From an uncultured virus (IMG/VR IMGVR_UViG_3300028888_000068) (taxonomy: Duplodnaviria; Heunggongvirae; Uroviricota; Caudoviricetes): 64,000 bases of DNA. A program made the position numbers and the translations under genes. Each line of letters starts with the position of its first letter. The first letter of the stretch is position 1. The DNA lies in the IMG/VR virus record IMGVR_UViG_3300028888_000068; one strand, 5' to 3'. Below are positions 30,401 to 42,000 of the stretch, piece by piece. The notes beneath the pieces were generated by a model that saw nothing but the letters and a program-made list of their open reading frames with translations, ran no database searches and was not told where the DNA came from.

Positions 30401-30515
30401 TATAGCTAGTAGAAAGGGAGATGATGATATTTACCTTGATTTTACTTGTGAGGCTAAGTCAGTTCCTGCACAATCTATAAATTTTAATACTAATTCTATT
30501 ACAATAAATAAATAA
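27435..30515 (+). CDS. Multi-Ig-domain virion protein, tandem paralog of the C-terminal ~1000 aa of 22068..27377
   Basis: Collinear shared motifs: N.RFKV....DR, ICE.RRGVI..G, YAVTTDGRL, SLN.YEY, LGVGATRYIKIYPLDD, LIASRKGD.DIYL.F.CEA. GTG start. Confidence 0.8.
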   Translation: MSEENILSELELLLPSFSTAGGEKLGPENRCFPGTSYYLGFKTTPSNFQLRDNLEVSLEVVEGEDLVESAEFKKSNYPHSTTIKFKSDVTGTVKVKMRIYDPDADVMVESNILELFVLPYHGKLADSDYWAPGPTKVDTSPIVLKVGESFDCSARAYLNKYTYYAHLESHKGESRYMYAYPSSYREKGEDGTYSGDIINSSSYISVCSNLTSIVGKNIGKGKVSIQWLQRYSSGAIQSSGSTSIPVTVIDDAEALGYTMNLRFKVDSIEVDRTTTFVPSWNAYLDPEQYYPGMQRQDSFGYFNKLAYLYETYDFHPTTWEDFLEFDDPNGDFDPSRLRISFEDDNGKYVSAASWDELECWVVARYGKLDETKAVATAKIRYRNITRNPNNIPIRDHSVASFATAHADELDFSKWYKASQFVKINPGDATINKCGFSMVPGFGDFIYTERIGTTGTLDEQYRIRLGGVGRLTTGHLFEYRLGNLEISAGVHFIVGLPHWDGYVYRPALVPHSRTFIPSKTQIKKGEYVFIELEITPEHEYSLNSTNIASNSIKYSVNSGNYIYSDGLNASGVAEVICESRRGVILKGLAPGTVKLEYGSIGDGEQNLASTTITILDSQYSTPTGNLKINASKNTDGTVKSGQTLTLTGGTVAGWNSSSWRYASVKKSGYLQTFTSGTVVIYAVTTDGRLTSATYTTQTSGSSVPIEPEPETPVDTTLKEAEDTSDDLILSFDRTTPVEFDSPESDPITVDIIKGSHNFYLTDVTCISENPGVATAQASFNMNNGDMDVTITPKGKGSTIIRIVCGGAEDSLDVNVFGGSSATTPKLEYNGQYGVSLNVYEYTEISFKVSSNAVYQALEYSVSQGREDKIVVEGGNYNSTTGVATIRVALKDHISGYVYVTYGTERLIFSIANRFNLKFENIHNFVLGVGATRYIKIYPLDDTIKASSINVYSERGNVTVSSVENGGVEQDTGKRFFLVEVKYQRAGQDMLIASRKGDDDIYLDFTCEAKSVPAQSINFNTNSITINK

Positions 30516-30516
30516 T

Positions 30517-33075
30517 ATGGCTTTAACAATAGAAAATACAAACCTAGTAATTAGTACAGAGCCAGAATATGCAGATCAGTTAATTACATTGACTTCTGAT
30601 AATCCATCTGTTGTTGAGCCAGAAATCGTTTCAACATCAGAATCTGGTGTAAATACGTATCGACTAGTTGCTAATGGAGTTGGAACTGCTACTTTGACTG
30701 CGACGGCTCCAGGAGGGGCAACATCAAGTGTTCTGGTGACAGTTACAAGTACCACAGATGATGGCGGAAATGAAGGCGGTGATGAAGGTGGAGGAAGCGT
30801 AACTCCTGACCCGACACCAACAACGATTAAGGTTAGTGAGATCTATTTTCACGAGCCAAATTCCGCAGCTAGAGTCGAATCTTTAGGATTTTCGCTTAAT
30901 ACATCATCTTTAATTGAGATGTCACCGTATATAACTGTGGAACCTTCGGATGCCGCTAATAGAAGCTGGACATTGTCCTCATCTAACCCATCGGTTCTGG
31001 CAGTTAATGGAGCGTCAGTACGAACGATGTCAACCGGAAGCAGTAATCTTACAGTAACAGCAAACGATGGAAGTGGATACTCTGACACTGTATCTGTTAC
31101 AGTAACTGCAGTTCAAGCAACATCTATAAGATTTAATACTAGTAGTCTAGAGTTACCTGTTGGTGCTACAAGAGATTTATCTAGTTATCTAACATTTACG
31201 CCGGCACTATCAGTTTATGATGGATATACTGTAGAATCTACTCAGTCGGCTATTGTAAAGGTAATTGGAAATTCTTCAATCAAAGCAATGGCAGCGGGTG
31301 AGTCTGTAATCACAGCAAGAACAAGTTCTGGCTGCACAGCTACTATGACTATTACTGTAACTGCTCAGGAAGAGGGAGATATATCTTATAATGCACCTTC
31401 TAATTTCTATATTAATTGTTCTAAGACAACACTTACCGCAGGCGAAAGTGCTACCGTTCAATTAGTAAGAACAGTTCCCGCTGGTCTAGATCTAGCATCA
31501 AGTGGTGAATTACAGCTTGTATTTCAAAATTCAAGATGCACGAGAACTACTGGACCGGATGAAGATGGAACGTTTACTATACAGGCACTAAATAATCCAG
31601 GCGATGAAGTTATTAGAATGAGATGGAGAAACGATAGTTATAATTGGATTTCTTCAGAGCCCATCAGTATAACTGTCTTAAATTCTAGTTCTGGTGAGGG
31701 TGGTATAGAGCCTCAGATAGTTTTATCTGCTGTTTCTATAGTAATGAGCTCCTTCGGTAAAATTCCAGGAGACGAATTTCAGGCCGATGTTAATATAACT
31801 CCTAGTAATTACTTGCCAAGTTTAGTAACCTGGTCGTCTAGTAATCCATCTATAGCTTCTGTAAGTAATGCTGGATATGTTGTATGTTCTGGTGAAGGAA
31901 CAGTAACGATATCAGTAAATGTCGACGGAATGACTGCTTCAAGAACATTTGTTGTTGGAAATGATAATGGTTCTGAACAAAATCCTACCGACTGGGCTGA
32001 AGATGATTACGAAACTCCTCTTGGCGGAACTAATGTAGCAGCTGGGCTTGTTCCATTTACTACAGCCGACAAATACCCAACTCACTATGCTAAATATGGA
32101 AAGGGTGGATATCGTAGTGTTTCTAATATATCAGAAAGAAATGCAATTCCTGAGGCTCGTCGTGAAGAAGGAATGTTGGCTTGGGTTATATCAGAATCTA
32201 AACTATATCAACTTAGAGGTGGTTATTGGGTAGCTGCTGGATTTGGTTCAGGATCTGGAACAACTAATCCAGACGATCCAGATAATCCAGGAACCGGAAA
32301 TTGCAGATGCTGTGAAGAGCTTGAACCTAGGATTGCAGCCTTAGAGGCTATTCTATTGGCTCAACAACAGAATGACTTAAGACGACAACTTGAAAATAGT
32401 CCATATACTCTTAATATATCCGGGCTTCGTCCGTCAGCAAGTAAATTCGAAGTTGGAGCGACAATGGAGGCTACACACTTCAACTATTCTTTGTCTGGCC
32501 CTGATCCGATTCCAGCTATGCAGTCCGCCCTTATTAATGGAGCTACTGTTTCTAACCCTAGTGGAATATATGATGGTCCTGCTGTAGATTCTTCAAGTGC
32601 GGGAAACAAAGATCTGTATAAGATCACAGTTAAGTACTTTGATACCAGATATGCACAGCTTGATGAGTGGAAGCAGGCTGGTGGACGCTTAATGGAAGCT
32701 AGAGCTTCAAAATCTGTTATGTTTGGTTATAAAATATATTGTGGGAAAACAACATTAAATCCTGCAGACTTTAATTGGCCCAATCTGAGCACTTCCGTTA
32801 TTGGAACTGCATCAATTGTCTCTGGTCTACCTGCAAAATCAAGTCCCCTAACCTTTAGTTATTCTGTAACTAGAGGAAGAGCCTGGGTTGCATATCCTAG
32901 GGATTGGGGACAAAGTGTAGATATTCGAGACAGTCTTGGACAGTCTTACGCATTAGATTTTAGTTTCAAAGAGATTTTAGTTCCTGTAGCTGGAAGTCAA
33001 GTCCCGTATTATGTATATTACTTGACAGACGCATCAGACGCAGACGACTTTGAATTTAACTTTTCTAAAAAATAA
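30517..33075 (+). CDS. Big_2 Ig-repeat virion protein with an internal fibre-adaptor module and coiled coil
   Basis: Several SSSNPSV/I Big_2 units. GTNVAA.L.PF...DK.PTH...YGKGGYRSV module shared with the 45899 N-terminus. LEPRIAALEA coiled coil. Confidence 0.75.
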   Translation: MALTIENTNLVISTEPEYADQLITLTSDNPSVVEPEIVSTSESGVNTYRLVANGVGTATLTATAPGGATSSVLVTVTSTTDDGGNEGGDEGGGSVTPDPTPTTIKVSEIYFHEPNSAARVESLGFSLNTSSLIEMSPYITVEPSDAANRSWTLSSSNPSVLAVNGASVRTMSTGSSNLTVTANDGSGYSDTVSVTVTAVQATSIRFNTSSLELPVGATRDLSSYLTFTPALSVYDGYTVESTQSAIVKVIGNSSIKAMAAGESVITARTSSGCTATMTITVTAQEEGDISYNAPSNFYINCSKTTLTAGESATVQLVRTVPAGLDLASSGELQLVFQNSRCTRTTGPDEDGTFTIQALNNPGDEVIRMRWRNDSYNWISSEPISITVLNSSSGEGGIEPQIVLSAVSIVMSSFGKIPGDEFQADVNITPSNYLPSLVTWSSSNPSIASVSNAGYVVCSGEGTVTISVNVDGMTASRTFVVGNDNGSEQNPTDWAEDDYETPLGGTNVAAGLVPFTTADKYPTHYAKYGKGGYRSVSNISERNAIPEARREEGMLAWVISESKLYQLRGGYWVAAGFGSGSGTTNPDDPDNPGTGNCRCCEELEPRIAALEAILLAQQQNDLRRQLENSPYTLNISGLRPSASKFEVGATMEATHFNYSLSGPDPIPAMQSALINGATVSNPSGIYDGPAVDSSSAGNKDLYKITVKYFDTRYAQLDEWKQAGGRLMEARASKSVMFGYKIYCGKTTLNPADFNWPNLSTSVIGTASIVSGLPAKSSPLTFSYSVTRGRAWVAYPRDWGQSVDIRDSLGQSYALDFSFKEILVPVAGSQVPYYVYYLTDASDADDFEFNFSKK

Positions 33076-33081
33076 CAAACT

Positions 33082-36000
33082 ATGCCGCAAATAGTTGCTA
33101 ATTATAAATTTAATTCTAGACAACCTAACTTCGCTAGAGACCAGGTTCAAACTTATGAAGAGCTCCTGGAATACGGCGGATGGAATACTGGTGACTCTAG
33201 ATACCAGCATGAAGACCAAAGAACTGATATAGATCTTGGTCACATTGTATACGTAGTTGAAAGAAATCAGCACTATACATATGTCAAGATAACTGAGGTC
33301 GATGAAAATAATGAACCAACTGGAAGCTATCACTATGGTTGGGCTCCTCTTAGTGGTTCTGGTGCTGGATATACTGGCGGCGAAGGTGGTGATACAGGTG
33401 GGGACGAAGGAGATCCGGATGTCCCCACTCCACTTAATGTCTTCGCTTATTTCAAGAGCATGGTCTTTAAACGCGGCTATGCTAATCAAGCTCCAGCTCT
33501 TCCTGGAACTGGAATAGCCCCTGGTGAGCCTGATTATGGTGGAACATTCTTTGACCCAGTCCCTTACGGATGGTCAGATGGAATTCCAGCAGTAGATGGA
33601 GATAATGATGAGGACAACGATTATATCTGGATGACAACCAGAGTTTTCTCATCGGGTGGAGCTAAAGATACAAATCAGCAAAGTTCTTGGACTACACCTC
33701 AATTAATCTCTGATTCTAAAGATTGGGATTACGAATTTTCTGAATTAAAAGAGCTTGACTCTGAACACGCATATCCAAATAAACAAACTCCTTCAGATAC
33801 TGCTACCAACGGATGGTCTAATACAGCCACCGAGAATACTGTCTGGATGGCTATAAGACAGTGTGAGAATGGCCTATATAAGCCAAACTCTGAGTGGCAG
33901 GTCATCAAGATTAAAGGTGAAGATGGTGAACAAGCCTTGAAGATTAAGATTCTTGGAAGACTTGATAGCTTATCTGATCTTGAAGCTGTAGATAGCCCTC
34001 AGTATCTTGATGCATACTTAGTAGGAGATAATGTTTATGTGTGGGATGGTGATTCTTGGAGCAACAGCGGTCCTTTTAGAGGAACCTATGATGGCACTAA
34101 GAGTTGGGCTTATCTTCATATAAAATATTCTGATGATGGTCGTAACTTTACTTCCTTTGGTGGTGAGGTACCTGGAAAATGGGTAGGTACATATTGTGAC
34201 TATGAAATTCAGGATTCAAGCAATTTCAATGATTACTACTGGAAGCAGATTGGTGGTGGTGATGGTTTTGGTTATGAATATATTTATACCTTAACTATGG
34301 ATGACCAAGCCCCAGATGTTCCTGACGACCATACTAATTCTGAACGTCCAGATGTATCTTGGGACGACTTTGATTTCGTTCCGGTAAACTGGACAGATGA
34401 CCCGGGACGAATTGATGCGACTTGGAGATGGTGCTGGGTATGTTATCGTGTTGCTATAAATGGCCATTGGAGTGAATTTAAGGGTGCACATGGAAAAACT
34501 GCTGCTGAAGGTGGAAAAGCTGCTCTATATGCTCACTATGGCTCTGATGCTGTAGCGAATAGTGCTAGTAGAAACTTCATGATTTTCACTTGGACTGCCT
34601 TAGATGAAAATGCAGACCCCAAGACACCATTCGTTCCAGAGAAGCCAGCAGATAACGTTGCTAAGTGGAATGTTATAGAGAATATCCTAGAACTAAATGA
34701 GGGTCAAGATTTTTCCTGGAGCATCGAAGAGTCTGACAGTGGAACCTGGGATGTAAATCCAGGAAACGCCCCCGACGGACTTCATAGATATCTTTGGATG
34801 TCTACTGCATCTTTCAGTGAAGCAAATGATGGTGAAATCTTAGGAACATGGTCAGATCCAGTTTGTCTTACCGGCTCTGATGGTAGAAATGGTACCGACG
34901 GTGTTGATTCTGCATTTGCATACCATCTATGTAATAGTATGGAAGAGTTTGCTGCTCTTGTGGCACCTACCCTTACAAATGCACATAATGAAGACTCCTT
35001 CGTAGAAGGTTCTGGTTGGACAGATCACCCTCAGGGAATAAGCCCTGCTCATCCTATTGAGGCGGCATCTGTTGGTACATATAATAAAGAAACCTTAACT
35101 TGGTCCTATAGTGCACCATTTATTTGGGCAAGATGGGGAGAAGATGGAATCGATGGAGACGGTGTTGAGTACGTATTCTTTGTTGCTTCTGAGGATAGTG
35201 TTGAAATAACTGATATTCTTGATGAGAGCGAGAATAAGTTAGGAGAAGAGGTAGAACTTAAAGTTACGAACTGGCTTCCTACAACACCAGAACAGCTTTC
35301 TGAATTCTTTGATGGTGATGCAGAAAAAATTGCTGCTTTCTACACCGACCACTTCAACGAGTGGAATCCAGAAGGAACGGGTTGGACTGATGATCCTTCT
35401 GATGTTGGTCCATTCCAGCCATATGAGTTTGTCTCCATGCGTAAATTCCAGTATGATGAGACTACTAAGGAAGGAAAATGGGGTCTTTTCTCTGAGCCTG
35501 CACTGTGGGCAAAGTATGCAAAAGATGGTACAAATGGTAGAAGCGTATTTACTTCATTTGTCTTCACTAGAACTGATATAAATCTTCATGGTGCTAAACT
35601 CTTTGGCGGTACAGTAGAAGATCCTAAGCCGGAGGTAACTAAGAGTGCTGATGAAACTCAGACTATAGATATCACTTGGGAAGATACTGTTCCGTCTGGT
35701 TCTAATGCTCCTGTCTGGATGTCATCTAGAATCTTTGATGACTCTCTGACAGGTGAAGGAACTGGTTGGAAGAGTCCTACTCTGCTTCAAGACACTCCGG
35801 AATTTCAAGTTGAATATACAAACGAAGAAGTTTGGAATCAGAGTGCGCTCCCTAGTCTTAATGACTATATCGACTGGGTTAATTTCCCAGAAGAAGGTAT
35901 AGACGAAACAAGATGGAGACAAGCTGCTCGTGAGGCTACTGGTGCTACTTGGGGAGATATCTATGATGATGGTTCAGATATTATAGACCCTTGGTGGATG

Positions 36001-39000
36001 ATTACTTCTCGTCGTGGTACTGGTGGAGTCTGGACATCTTGGGCTATACATAAAATTAAAGGAGAAAAGGGCGAACCTGGAACTTCTATATCAGTAAAGG
36101 GCAACCTTAATAGTTATAGAGACCTTGGAGATTCCACTGGTGATCCTGCTGGCTTAGTAGATCATTCTAGTTTGAGCCTAGGAGACTGCTATGTTATTGG
36201 TGGTCTCTTATGGATCTACGATGGAAATAACACAAAGACAAGTCCATATAGCACTGATTATGTAACTGATCCTTCTGGGAACGGACAAATTCTTGGTGAT
36301 AAGTACGCTGGTTTCTCTTGTCAAGGTCAATTTAAGGGTGATCCAGGAACAACTTCTTGGATACATGTAAGATTTGCTAATAAATCTGAGGACCAAAGCA
36401 CCCCTGTAAGTTCTGAAAATGAAAACTATCGCTATTTCTATAATAATGAAGTCTTTATTGAATTTACAGGCGCAACTCACTCTGGAACTGTTCCTGGTAA
36501 ATATGCTGGTATTGCTATAACTAGTGATGTAAATATCGCTCCTAGTTCTATCTCTCAGTATGAGTGGACAGAGTGGAGAGGTGATGATATCTACGGAACT
36601 GAACAGATATTTATTCTATCTGATACAAGACCAGAAGCACCGAGTAGACCTAATGAGATTCCTGAAACAACATGGAATACTTTCGACTATGTTCCTTCTG
36701 ATTGGTCTGACACACCTCTAGATCCAACACCTGATGCACACTGCTGGGTATCTACTAGAAGACTTAGCGATCCAGAAGACAAGAACTGGAAAACTCCTGC
36801 TATCTACACAAGATATGCACATGATGGCAATAATGGTGTAGATGGTGCAGTCAATGAGTTTATCTATCATCTTGGTGAGAAAAATTCTATACCTTCAATA
36901 GACCTATCAAAGGCTAAGAAAGGTGCAGATACTATAAATTCTGATCCGGATGCTTCTTGGTGGGAATCTGATGAGTCTAGAGATTTCCGACCTTTCGACG
37001 GAGAAGGGTATTGGGCAGATAATCCTCAGGGCGTAGAAGACTTGGAGGGCAAACATATAGAATATTATTCTTATCGTACTCGTGAGTATGATGATAATAA
37101 CAATAAATATGTATGGACTTCTTGGTCGCCGGTAAAGATCTGGTCAAGCTGGGGTCAGAAGGGTCGTGATGGTGATGGTGTTGAATATATCTTCACCCTA
37201 ACAAAGATAGGTAAGACTCCTTCTAATCCAACTCCATATACTATATCTGAAGAAGAAGTAGAGGTTATAGATACTACGGCTACGGACAGAAATGGTCATA
37301 CTTGGTTTGACTACGACTATGTTCCTACTATTCCGGTTGCATCAGACTATGATCCAGAAGACCCAGAGTTTACAGAGCATACGTGGTACGATGATCCACA
37401 GGAAATTGGAGAGGTTTGGCGTTATCAGTGGGTTTCTATGCGTAGATCTCACTCCGACTCTGAAGGAAATGCGCAGTGGACAGAATTTAGCCAGCCTGTT
37501 GAGTGGAATAAATATACTGAAGACGGTAAGGACGGCAGAACTGAAGAGTTTATCTATTTCTTAAGTAAATATGATGATTCAGAGCATCCTATTATTCCTA
37601 CTATTGACTCTACAAAAGCTCATAAAGAGACTAGTGAAGGTTCAGATGATAGAGCTGGACTTTCTTTAGATGACTGGCAAGAGCTTGTAGATTATGTTCC
37701 TGCTCTTGGTAATCCTACTGACTTTGGATATCCTATAACTCCTACTGTCTATTGGAATGATAATCCATATAGTATTTCTCAGGAATGGCCACTAGAATAT
37801 CGCGCCTCTAGATTCAAGAAGGATGGAGTTTGGTCAGAATGGAGAGATCTTATCTTATTGTCTACTTGGGGTCAGAAAGGACATGATGGCGACGGTGTTG
37901 AGTATATTTTCACTAGAACTGCCAATAAGAGTGTTGTTCCTGACCTAACTGGAGAGTCTGCTTTCGCTACCTACAATGAAAAGAGCTGGACTGATAATGA
38001 CTTTGTTCCTGAGGGTTGGACTGATGATCCTAAGGGCACAACACCAGAACTTCGTGTTGAATGGGTATCAATCCGTAAAACATTTAATGGAGTATGGGCA
38101 GCCTCTGGAGATAGAAAATGCTGGTCCGAACCTAAGATTTGGAATGAGTATGATGATTCTCGTCTGAAGGAAGAAATATATCATCACGGTGGAAAGACTG
38201 AAGACCCTGTTCTAAATAAGTTCTGGGATTATCGTGGTGTAGCCTTTGATCCACATCTCGACGGATTCCTCCCATCTGATGTTACTTCAGACCCTGGTGT
38301 GGCTCCTTCTGCTGTTTATACTGGAGAGGGCGACTATGATCCTGAAGGTTGGACTCCATTTGAGAAAGGCATTGATCCAGATCATAGATACGAATATAAA
38401 GCTACTAGAACTAAGAGTCCTGATACTGGACTCTGGAGTGACTTTAAAATTTCTAGATGTTCAGCTTGGGGTGAAGACGGTGATTCAGTTGAGTTTGTAT
38501 TCTGGATGATTTCTCAGGATCAGTACGAGTGGATTGAGCAACAGATTGATGTAGTGCCAAATGATGAAGCGCCGGACGGACAAGGAAGAACTAGATTCGA
38601 CAATGAATACTTACCTGTCTTAGAGCTCTTCACTGGTGACTCAGACGTAACGAATGATGTAAATCTTCCTGCATCTGATAATCAACCTGCCGATCCTAGT
38701 ACAGCAACTCCATACGTCTACTATTCTAAGCGTGAGAAGAGAAACGGAGAGTGGCAAGCATTTAGTCCAATACGATTATATACCAAACTATTTGTAGCTC
38801 CTGAATATTCCTGCACTCTTAACTTAGGTGAGGATAAAGAGGGAATTATGGTAGTTGAAGAAGGAAATGTCTATAAGTCAGTCTCTAAGTATGTATCGAC
38901 AGGCCTAACTGATACGGATCTTAGATATGGTGCCAACTCACTAATCATCGGAAAGGTTGAAGTACAGCCAGTAAATAAGACTGTAAGTGGTGATACAATT

Positions 39001-42000
39001 ACTGCTTCACTTGGTCAGAGAGTAACTGTTTGGGAAGCTTCTGATGGACCTACTAATAATACGACTATCTCAGTAGATGGAAATTCACTTAAGATTTCCG
39101 TCACTAAGAATGATACATTCTATTATGTATGGTTCTCTTGGAGCTCTAGCAATGGGCTTACTTTCAAGAAAGATAGTAATGGAGATCCTATAGATCTTAG
39201 CTTTATCATCTATGCGTCTGGCGGTACTGCTGAGGGCTCAACGGAGAAAGTTGGATATGCTACTTATAATATTCATCCAGTGGCTGGTGATACTTTATAT
39301 GAATTGAGTCCAACCCGTAGCCTCTTTAAGAAGAGATCAGGATCAACTCCATTTGATACTAGTTCAATATCATCATTCGTTTGGAAGAAATCTATAGCTG
39401 AAGATAAAACTACTAGCGTCTGGGCTAATTCAACTGACTGGAATGAAGATCCTCTCGAAATTCGATATAGAGTAGATGATAGAGATCCAATTATTATCTC
39501 TGGAACTCTTCAGGCAGACGGAACTATCTCTGGATCTGACACCTCCAGCGAAACCAATCCATTCTCTTGGACTCTACAAGAAAATACTGATGATAAGGGA
39601 GCAAAATTACTGTATCTTACTATAAAGTTATATGAATCTGTTTCCGGTGGTGGAATAAGAAACTATGCACCTGGAATAGAAGATGGTATAACTATTCAGG
39701 TCTACAGAAATAATGTTCTTCACGATGAAGAATTTATACCAGTAGTCTATAATGGTAAGAAGGGTAATACTGGTGATTATCTACAGGAAGAGACTGCTTA
39801 CTGGTTGCAACCCGGAGATACTGCACCTAGTGCACCAGCATCTAGTACTGTGTTAGTAGCTCCTACTAATATCGAGGCTAATAATGTTGAGAAATGGCTT
39901 AATGCTCCATACAGTCCGACAGTAACTAATAGATATCTATTTGTTTCTAAGAGAATGAATCAGTACTATGGACAGGATGATGAAGACCTTGGTATACACT
40001 TTGGTGACCTTCATATTCCTGGTACTTGGGGTGATCCATTCCTATTCGCATCTAGATCTGTTGGTGAACAAGGAGATACTGGTAGAGGTATAGAGTCTAT
40101 TACCGAATATTATCAGTGGACTTCTACCGAGAGTGCACCTTCTAATACTTCGTTAGACAACTGGACTTCTACAACTATTCCGTCGGCTTCTGGAAATCAG
40201 AAGTATCTCTGGAATTTTGAATTAATAACATATACTTCTGGAGAGCCGAGAACAAAGAAGACTGATGTAGCACGTCTTACTACTCTTGTGAATGATGGTA
40301 GAGGTATTGATAGTATTGAAGAATTCTATATTTGGTGGAATTCTGGTACTACAGCCCCAGCAAAATCTCATCCTGACTGGTATCAAAGTGATAATCCAAA
40401 GAGTCCAACAGCTACGAATAAGTATCTCTGGAACTATGAGGTAATTCATTTTGATGATGGTTCTGCGGATTTTGAGACAGATCCTGTTCTTCTTTCACAA
40501 AATGGAGATGACGGCAGAAGTCTTTTAGGAATGGCAGAATACTATCAGTGGACAGCTAATAACTCTGCTCCTTCTGCACCTTCTTCTAGTGCTCTAAATG
40601 GTGCTCCTAATACTGTGGGTAATTGGAAGAAAAATGATTCTTCATCTTCTTCTACTACAGACAAGTATTTATGGAACTTTGAATATATAACTTATTCTGT
40701 CGGAGGTTCAACTATAACTCCCGTCTCTCTTGTAGGTACTATAGGTGATGACGGTAAGGGCATAGATCATTTCGAAGAGTATTACTATTGGGGTTCAAGC
40801 AAGACTACTTATCCTAGTACAAGTACCATAGGTAATAGCAGCACCTCGTGGTGTGATCAAGATCACTTAGATACACTTAGCGCTCAAACTGAAGGAGATT
40901 CAAGCAGAAGATATCTGTGGAATTTCGAAAAGATAGTATATACAGAAGGAAATGAGACAACAGATCCAATAATTATTGCTATTAATGGCGAAATTGGAAA
41001 TGGAATCAATGATGTTCAGGAATACTATCTATGGACAACTTCTGCATCCCTAACTGGAGCGCAGAATGATCATGCAAATTCTAGTGATCCAGCTAGCGTT
41101 AGTTATACAGACGACACTAGATGGAGGACTGACTGGTATGCTTCGCCTAATTCTAAGACCTATAGATATCTTTGGAATTTTGAAATTATAACCTATACAG
41201 TAGACTCAACTCCGTATAGAACAAGTCCTGCTTTAATCGGAACAATTGGAGAAGACGGTAGAGGTATAGAATCAGTTACAGAGAAATATTTATGGCACAC
41301 CAGTAATACAGGAATTACGACATCTAATTATACCACATTTACTTGGTATACTGCTGATCAACTTCCTGCTCCTACTGGAGATCAAAAATATCTGTGGAAT
41401 TATGAATCTGTTGTATATACTGATAATGAAACACCAGTGGATTCAACACCTATTGTTATCTCCATAAAGGGAGATAAGGGCGTGGATGGTAAAAATTATC
41501 AATTTGTATACTTCTTATCTAAAAATAATGTAAGTAGCTTTACAATAGAGTCTAATAACGATGCAGAAGTAACTACTTCTTCCGGAGTCGTAGAAGTATT
41601 CCCTCTATTTAAAGCTGGAACTATATGGATTGCTCACCCAGGTGGATCTCACTATACTGGTACAGGCTTTGGAGATATTACAGACGACCCTTCTGGTGTT
41701 AGTGAAGACTGGCCTTATGAATACGAATCACAAGGATATACTGATTCTGGCGGATCCTGGCACTTCTCAATTCCTTCCCTAAAGAATAATTGGGCGAAAG
41801 ATGGTGAAGACGGTGACCCTGGTGAGGACGGATATTCTGAATATTTCCTATATAAGAGAGGTACGAGAAGCAGTGCCCCTAGTGTTCCTTCTGGTCAAGC
41901 TAGAATTTCTGACATGACTAGTAATGACTGGTCAGCAGATAGAGCATACGTTACTAGTCGTACTAATGATGATAATCCAGTTGTTTGGGCCACCTCAACT

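Noticed and set aside
41330..41340. Partial third copy of the ATACCACATTT motif
   Set aside because: Only 11 bp, inside coding sequence, and lacks the downstream TCTTATWAT element.
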